From the NCBI GenBank assembly GCA_040878815.1, contig JBBDLO010000036.1:1-59037 (forward strand): a stretch of 59,037 nt of DNA, written 5' to 3'. A program made the translations under genes and the position numbers. The notes under the pieces were generated by a model. It worked only from the letters and a program-made list of their open reading frames with translations, ran no database searches and had not been told where the DNA came from. This document shows positions 53,812 through 59,037 of the stretch, piece by piece (position 1 is the first letter of the stretch; the number at the start of each line of letters is the position of its first letter). This DNA comes from Gemmatimonadota bacterium (GTDB lineage: Bacteria > Gemmatimonadota > Gemmatimonadetes > Longimicrobiales > Gaopeijiaceae).

Positions 53812-55320
53812 GTGAGGAGTCGAACGATGGATTCCTTCTGGAGAGGTCGGCGGCGGACGGGTGCGGTGCTCCTGGCGCTCATCGCGGGTGCGGGGTGCGG
53901 GGGCGAGACGAAGCTGGAAGCGGGAGAGACCAGTGCGGCAGCTCCCTTCGAGACCTCTGCGCTGGTGCAGACACCACCCCCGAACCCCACGGGTCCGTCG
54001 GCCGCGGCGGTCAGCCGGGAACTGGACGAGAGCCGTGAAACGGCGGTGGTCCGCGCCGCAGAACGCGTCTCGGCGAGCATCGTCGCCGTGAACGTCCTCC
54101 GTTCACAGCAGGTCCGTGCCCGCGATCCGTTCTTCGACGATTTCTTCTCTCCCTTTGGACTGCCTTGGGGATCGACGACCACGCAACTCGTCCCCTCCCT
54201 GGGGTCCGGATTCGTCATCGATGCGACCGGAATCATCCTCACCAACGATCACGTCGTGCGCGGCGCCGAACGGATCCTCGTGTCCTTTCCAGACGGCCGC
54301 GACGCCGAAGCGGAACTCGTCGGAACCGATGCGGCATCGGATGTGGCGGTCCTTCGCATCTCCATGGAAGGTCTCACGCCGGTTCCCGTCGGGAGCGCGG
54401 AGGAACTGCGCATCGGCGAATGGCTCGTCGCCTTCGGCAACCCCTTCGGCCACCTCCTGTCGAATCCGGAGCCCTCGGTTACGGTCGGCGTGACGTCGGC
54501 GCTGCGGCGGCACATCGTCCCCTCCCAGGAAGACCGCGGCTCCTACCTCGGAATGATCCAGACCGACGCGGCGATCAATCCCGGGAACTCGGGAGGTCCG
54601 CTCGTCAATGCAGCCGGGGAAGTGGTGGGAATGAACACCTCGATCTTCTCCCGCAGCGGAGGGAGCGAGGGGATGGGCTTCGCCGTCCCGATCGACCGAG
54701 CGCTCCGCATTGCCGATGACATTCTCGAGTACGGCCGGGTTCGCCGCGCCTGGCTCGGAATGCGGGTGGAGGCCGAGGTGGCGGACGCCTTCGGTCGGAC
54801 TCGCGGTGTACGCGTCGCCCAGGTGTATCCCGGGTCGCCCGCCGCCCGGGCCGGGTTGAACGCAGGGGACCGACTCACGCGGATCAATGGAGCCCGGCTC
54901 GTGACCCCTCTCGACTTCGAGGCGGTCCTCCTCGATCTTCGTGTCGGTGATTCGGTCTCCCTCGAGGTAAATGGGAACGCTCCCGTCCAGCAGATGGTGG
55001 CCGAAGACGTGCCGACGGCACGGGCGCCCCGCTTGCGGGTTCTGGACAACCTGGAGGTGGTGTCCGTGACCGAAGCGATCCGGGCGGAACGGAGCATCGC
55101 CAGCCCCTCCGGCGCCCTGGTGATCGCGATTCCCGACACGCAGGGATCGGCGCTCGGGCTCGTGGAAGGAGATGTCATCGTGGGTTTCAACAACGCGCGC
55201 CTGCGCGACGCGGAGGAGCTGGCAGACCGGCTCGCTCAGCTCCGACCCGGGTCTCGCGCCATCCTGGTCTTCGAACGAAATGGGGTACTCATTGAACGGG
55301 CATTCGTTCAGGGTGGATAG
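53812..55320 (+). CDS. htrA: HtrA/DegP-family periplasmic serine protease with two PDZ domains
   Basis: Catalytic-triad context TNDHVV, DVAVLRI and GNSGGPLVN. Two PDZ-like segments are present (GVRVAQVYPGSPAARAGLNAGD and ALVIAIPDTQGSALGLVEGD). The N-terminus has a signal or lipoprotein-like sequence. Confidence 0.85.
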   Translation: MRSRTMDSFWRGRRRTGAVLLALIAGAGCGGETKLEAGETSAAAPFETSALVQTPPPNPTGPSAAAVSRELDESRETAVVRAAERVSASIVAVNVLRSQQVRARDPFFDDFFSPFGLPWGSTTTQLVPSLGSGFVIDATGIILTNDHVVRGAERILVSFPDGRDAEAELVGTDAASDVAVLRISMEGLTPVPVGSAEELRIGEWLVAFGNPFGHLLSNPEPSVTVGVTSALRRHIVPSQEDRGSYLGMIQTDAAINPGNSGGPLVNAAGEVVGMNTSIFSRSGGSEGMGFAVPIDRALRIADDILEYGRVRRAWLGMRVEAEVADAFGRTRGVRVAQVYPGSPAARAGLNAGDRLTRINGARLVTPLDFEAVLLDLRVGDSVSLEVNGNAPVQQMVAEDVPTARAPRLRVLDNLEVVSVTEAIRAERSIASPSGALVIAIPDTQGSALGLVEGDVIVGFNNARLRDAEELADRLAQLRPGSRAILVFERNGVLIERAFVQGG

Positions 55321-55326
55321 GACGTC

Positions 55327-56775
55327 GTGACGGACCGAGAACCGGGCCGCTACCTTCATCCCCTGGCAGACCGCTATGCCTCACGCGAGATGCAGGCAGT
55401 CTTTTCGCCCGAGCATCGGTTCGGGATCTGGCGGCGCCTCTGGCTCGCCCTCGCCGAATCCCAGCATGCCCTCGGACTCTCGATTCCGGACGCGGCGTTG
55501 GAGGAGATGCGGGCCGGGCTGGACGACCTGGACCTCTCCAAGGCCGCCGAGTACGAGCGTCGCTTTCGTCACGACGTCATGGCGCATGTGCATCTCTTCG
55601 GCGATGTGGCGCCCTCCGCTCGTGGAATCCTGCACCTCGGTGCGACCTCGGCCTTCATCGGCGACAACACGGACCTGATCCTCCACCGCGAGGCGCTGGT
55701 TCTCGTCCGCGCACGGATCGTCCGCTCGGTGCGAGCCCTCGCGGCCTTCGCAGAGGCTCACCGGGCCCTTCCCACCCTCGGATATACCCACTTCCAGCCG
55801 GCTCAGCCGACGACCGTCGGCAAGCGTGCAACGCTCTGGATCCAGGACCTGCTCCTGGATGTCGAGGAGATCGACTTCCGGTTGAAGACGCTCCGTTTTC
55901 GCGGCGTACGTGGGACGACGGGCTCGCAGGCCTCCTTCCTCGAGCTCTTCGGAGGTGACCACGCCAAGGTGGAAGAACTCGATCGCCTGGTCGGCGAAAA
56001 GATGGGCTTCACGGAGAACTACGGGGTCAGCGGGCAGACCTACCCGCGAAAGGTGGACGCTGCGATTGCGGGTACGCTTGCCGGCACCGCCGCCTCTCTC
56101 TCGAAGTTCGGACACGACCTGCGCCTCCTGGCGCACCTCCGGGAGGTCGAAGAGCCCTTCGAGGCGGAGCAGATCGGGTCCTCGGCGATGCCCTACAAGC
56201 GCAATCCGATGCGCGCGGAGCGGATCTGTGCCCTCACCCGTCATGTGATTTCGCTCTATCAGGATCCGGCCATGACGGCCGCCACGCAGTGGCTGGAGCG
56301 AACCCTCGACGACTCGGCGAACCGACGGCTCTCGATCCCCGACGCCTTCCTCACCCTCGACGGGGCACTCGTCCTCACGGAGAATGTGTCGATGGGACTG
56401 CGGGTCCATCCTGCCGTCGTGCGCCGAAATCTGGAAGCCCACCTGCCTTTCATGGCCATGGAGGCACTCCTGATGCAGACCGTGGAGCACGGAGGAGATC
56501 GTCAGGAACTGCATGAGCGGATTCGCCGGCATTCCCTCGCGGCCGCGGAACGGATGAAGGAAGGGGAGGAGAGCGACCTGGTCGAACGGGTGCTTGCCGA
56601 CGAGGCCTTCCAGACGGACCGCGCCGCCCTGCAGGCCCTGATGACCCCGGAACGATTCGTCGGTCGCGCGCCGGAGCAGGTGGACCGGTTCCTCGAGGAC
56701 TGGGTGCAGCCCATCCTCGAACGGCTCGAAGACGAAGCCGACCGACTCCTGGGGGAGCCCGATGTCCGCGTCTGA
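55327..56775 (+). CDS. purB: Adenylosuccinate lyase
   Basis: Motifs HLGATSAFIGDN, YTHFQPAQPTT and the signature GSSAMPYKRNP. GTG start. Confidence 0.9.
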   Translation: MTDREPGRYLHPLADRYASREMQAVFSPEHRFGIWRRLWLALAESQHALGLSIPDAALEEMRAGLDDLDLSKAAEYERRFRHDVMAHVHLFGDVAPSARGILHLGATSAFIGDNTDLILHREALVLVRARIVRSVRALAAFAEAHRALPTLGYTHFQPAQPTTVGKRATLWIQDLLLDVEEIDFRLKTLRFRGVRGTTGSQASFLELFGGDHAKVEELDRLVGEKMGFTENYGVSGQTYPRKVDAAIAGTLAGTAASLSKFGHDLRLLAHLREVEEPFEAEQIGSSAMPYKRNPMRAERICALTRHVISLYQDPAMTAATQWLERTLDDSANRRLSIPDAFLTLDGALVLTENVSMGLRVHPAVVRRNLEAHLPFMAMEALLMQTVEHGGDRQELHERIRRHSLAAAERMKEGEESDLVERVLADEAFQTDRAALQALMTPERFVGRAPEQVDRFLEDWVQPILERLEDEADRLLGEPDVRV

Positions 56776-57742
56776 CTCCGTGGGCGAAGTGTCCGCGCTC
56801 GCGCGGCCCGAGCTTCCCCTTCCCCTCCTGTACCGGGGGAAGGTCCGCGAGATGTACGAGGTCTCCGATGAGCTCCTCCTCATGGTCGCCTCGGACCGTG
56901 TTTCCGCCTTCGATGTGATCCTCCCGCAGCCGATCCCCAGAAAGGGCGAGGTCCTGACCCTCCTCACCGCCTGGTGGCTCGACCAGTTGAAGGGAGTGAT
57001 TCCCCATCACCTGGTGGCCGCCCGACCGGAGGAGATCCTCGACCGGGTTCCCGCACTGGCAGACGCCCCGGAGCTCCACCGCCACTGGGCCCGCCGCTCG
57101 CTTCTGGTGGCCCGGACCCACCCCGTCCCGATCGAGTGCGTGGTACGCGGTTACCTCGCCGGATCCGCCTGGGCCGAGTACCGGAAGTCGGGCACGCTCG
57201 CGGGCGAGCCCCTCCCCCCGGACCTCGAGGAAAGCCAGCGGCTCGACGTCCCGATCTTCTCTCCAGCGACGAAGGCCGAAGAGGGACATGACGAGAATAT
57301 CCCTTTCGCCGAAGTGGTACGGCGAGTCGGTCCGGAGCGGGCGGAGGCCCTGCGTGCCCGTGCATTTCGGATCTACGACTTTGGCCGCGACCTGGCGGCG
57401 ACTCGGGGCATCCTCCTGGCAGACACGAAGTTCGAGTTTGGGGTGACCCCCTCCGGGGAACTCCTCCTGATCGACGAGGTCCTCACCCCCGACTCGTCCC
57501 GATACTGGCCGGCCACCGAGTGGCGCCCCGGGGCCACTCCGCCCTCTCTCGACAAGCAGCCGATTCGGGACTGGCTCGATGCCCTGCCGGACTGGGATCG
57601 CACGCCGCCCCCTCCCGATCTGTCCGACGCGGTCGTCTCCGCGGCGACCGAGCGGTACCTCGAGATTTTTCGCCGTCTCACAGGCGTTGATTTGGACGAC
57701 TACCTCCCACCCACCTTCGCCTCCGTGGACTCGCCCAGATGA
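56762..57742 (+). CDS. purC: Phosphoribosylaminoimidazole-succinocarboxamide (SAICAR) synthase
   Basis: Motifs LLYRGKVREMYEV, ASDRVSAFD, ECVVRGYLAGS, LADTKFEFG, DEVLTPDSSRYW. Confidence 0.9.
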   Translation: MSASDSVGEVSALARPELPLPLLYRGKVREMYEVSDELLLMVASDRVSAFDVILPQPIPRKGEVLTLLTAWWLDQLKGVIPHHLVAARPEEILDRVPALADAPELHRHWARRSLLVARTHPVPIECVVRGYLAGSAWAEYRKSGTLAGEPLPPDLEESQRLDVPIFSPATKAEEGHDENIPFAEVVRRVGPERAEALRARAFRIYDFGRDLAATRGILLADTKFEFGVTPSGELLLIDEVLTPDSSRYWPATEWRPGATPPSLDKQPIRDWLDALPDWDRTPPPPDLSDAVVSAATERYLEIFRRLTGVDLDDYLPPTFASVDSPR

Positions 57743-58665
57743 GCCCCGAAGCCGACGAGAGGCGACGCAGAGCCGGGCTGCAGCGAGGGATCATTATCCT
57801 CCCCTCGGCCTTCACCCTGGGAAACCTCTTCTTCGGGATCTTCGCGATTGTCTCGGCTACCCGCGGGGACTTCCAGTGGGCGGCCTGGTGTATCGTGATC
57901 GCCGCCATCCTCGACACCATGGATGGACGGATCGCCCGATTCACCTCCACGGGCTCCCGTTTCGGGGCGGAGCTCGACTCCCTCGTAGACGCGGTGACCT
58001 TCGGAGTCGCCCCGGCCATCATCGCGTATCAGCTCTTCTTTGCGGACCTCTCTTGGAGCTGGGTCCTCTCCTTCATCTACATTGCGGCCGCCGTCATCCG
58101 CCTGGCCCGCTTCAACATCGAGCAAGGCGGACACGCGAAGCGGAGCTTCCACGGGCTCCCCTCGCCGACCGCAGGGATGATCCTGGCGACGGTGTACCCC
58201 TTCTTCACGGCGCCGGGGGTGGAGCGACTCCTCGGGGGACTCCCGTCGGCCCAGATGGTGGGCATCCTCATGGTGGTGCTCTCACTCCTGATGCTGAGCC
58301 ACATCCCCTACCCGCTCGTGCCGCGCCTTTCCGTCCGGGGGCCCCGAGCCATCCTGGGAATGCTCTTCGTGGTCGGTTCGGGCGTCGCCGCCCTCGCCGT
58401 GCCACAGTACTTCCTCTTCCCCTTCGTGTGTACCTACACGGTCTGGGGGCTGGCCCGCGCTACCGTCCTGGGACTCCTGGATCGCCTCCCGGACAAGGAT
58501 CCGCTCCTCGACGAACCGGACGAAGACGAGGGCGGGGCCGAAGTGCGCTCCGTGGACTACGGGGAGATCGCCCCCTCCCGCTACCATTCAGACGATGCGC
58601 TGCCCCTCCGCGACGAACACCCGGACGGGGGACGCGACACCGACCATCCAGAGAGGAAATCTTGA
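57739..58665 (+). CDS. pssA: CDP-diacylglycerol--serine O-phosphatidyltransferase (CDP-alcohol phosphatidyltransferase family) with an acidic C-terminal tail
   Basis: The sequence [26 protein letters not shown] is the D(x)2DG(x)2AR...G(x)3D(x)3D motif. The protein is multi-TM. Its ATG overlaps the purC stop. Confidence 0.85.
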   Translation: MSPEADERRRRAGLQRGIIILPSAFTLGNLFFGIFAIVSATRGDFQWAAWCIVIAAILDTMDGRIARFTSTGSRFGAELDSLVDAVTFGVAPAIIAYQLFFADLSWSWVLSFIYIAAAVIRLARFNIEQGGHAKRSFHGLPSPTAGMILATVYPFFTAPGVERLLGGLPSAQMVGILMVVLSLLMLSHIPYPLVPRLSVRGPRAILGMLFVVGSGVAALAVPQYFLFPFVCTYTVWGLARATVLGLLDRLPDKDPLLDEPDEDEGGAEVRSVDYGEIAPSRYHSDDALPLRDEHPDGGRDTDHPERKS

Positions 58666-58931
58666 GCCGTTACCACCTCGAAGTCCGCGTGAAGCCCCGT
58701 CCTGGCCTCCTCGATCCCGAAGGGAAGGCGATCCACCACGCCCTCGATGCCCTGGCCTTCGAGGGAGTCGAGGCGGTCCGCGTCGGCAAGGTCATCGACC
58801 TCGACCTCATGGCCGCGGACGAGGCCTCGGCGCTCGAGCTGGGGCGCGAGATGTGCCGCAAGCTCCTGGCGAATCCCGTCACCGAGGACTTCACCATTTC
58901 CGTGACGCAGCCGGCAGAGGCGGACGCATGA
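58662..58931 (+). CDS. purS: Phosphoribosylformylglycinamidine synthase subunit PurS
   Basis: The sequence [46 protein letters not shown]...LANPVTEDF is the PurS fold pattern. The TTG start overlaps the pssA TGA, with GAGAGGAAA upstream. Confidence 0.85.
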   Translation: MSRYHLEVRVKPRPGLLDPEGKAIHHALDALAFEGVEAVRVGKVIDLDLMAADEASALELGREMCRKLLANPVTEDFTISVTQPAEADA

Positions 58932-59037
58932 GAGTCGCCGTCGTCACCTTTCCGGGATCCAACTGCGATCACGATTGCTACAAGGCGCTCCAGCTCGTTC
59001 CCGGCTTCGAGCCGGAGTTCGTCTGGCACCGGACCGC
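58928..59037 (+). CDS. purQ: Phosphoribosylformylglycinamidine synthase I (glutaminase subunit), 5' end cut by the window edge
   Basis: The sequence [21 protein letters not shown] is a typical PurQ N-terminus. The ATG overlaps the purS TGA. Confidence 0.8.
   Translation, partial: MRVAVVTFPGSNCDHDCYKALQLVPGFEPEFVWHRT

Noticed and set aside
1-59037. CRISPR arrays, IS elements, integrases, phage genes and known defence-system genes.
   Set aside because: No regularly spaced direct repeats were seen in any intergenic region. No transposase, integrase or recombinase motif appears in any frame of the ORF track.

Overview
GC-rich bacterial chromosomal window with strong third-position G/C bias. The gene content (DUF2911, TonB-receptor remnant, split methylmalonyl-CoA mutase parts) would fit Gemmatimonadota or a similar lineage, but I cannot verify lineage without a search. 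Most of the window is core housekeeping. It includes acnA, rplU-rpmA, an RNase G/E-family gene, recQ, cimA and the phoH-pgpH-ybeY-ubiB-meaB cluster. It also holds aspS, rlmN, lepB, panBC, a trp cluster, lexA, truA, tal, htrA and purB-purC-pssA-purS-purQ. One tRNA-Leu(CAA) is present. I saw no CRISPR array, transposase, integrase or recognisable defence system.

I found no clear-cut novel multi-gene system. The observations most worth a second look are:
- A HEAT-repeat gene and an HD-GYP gene sit between trpB and trpA, and their products appear to share an uncharacterised N-terminal domain.
- A 2839-aa cyclic beta-1,2-glucan synthase plus a tandem USP gene lie between meaB and the B12-binding mutase subunit gene.
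- One gene encodes an HPF/RaiA domain fused to a cold-shock domain.
- The family I inorganic pyrophosphatase carries a signal peptide.
- The 3' side of tRNA-Leu is flanked by a TonB-dependent receptor remnant, which looks like a rearrangement scar.
- The NfeD-FloA operon has a third, largely disordered membrane-anchored gene.
- pssA is nested inside the pur operon.

All functional calls come from recognising protein motifs in the supplied translations. No database search was run. Many start codons are my own re-calls downstream of the ORF-track starts.
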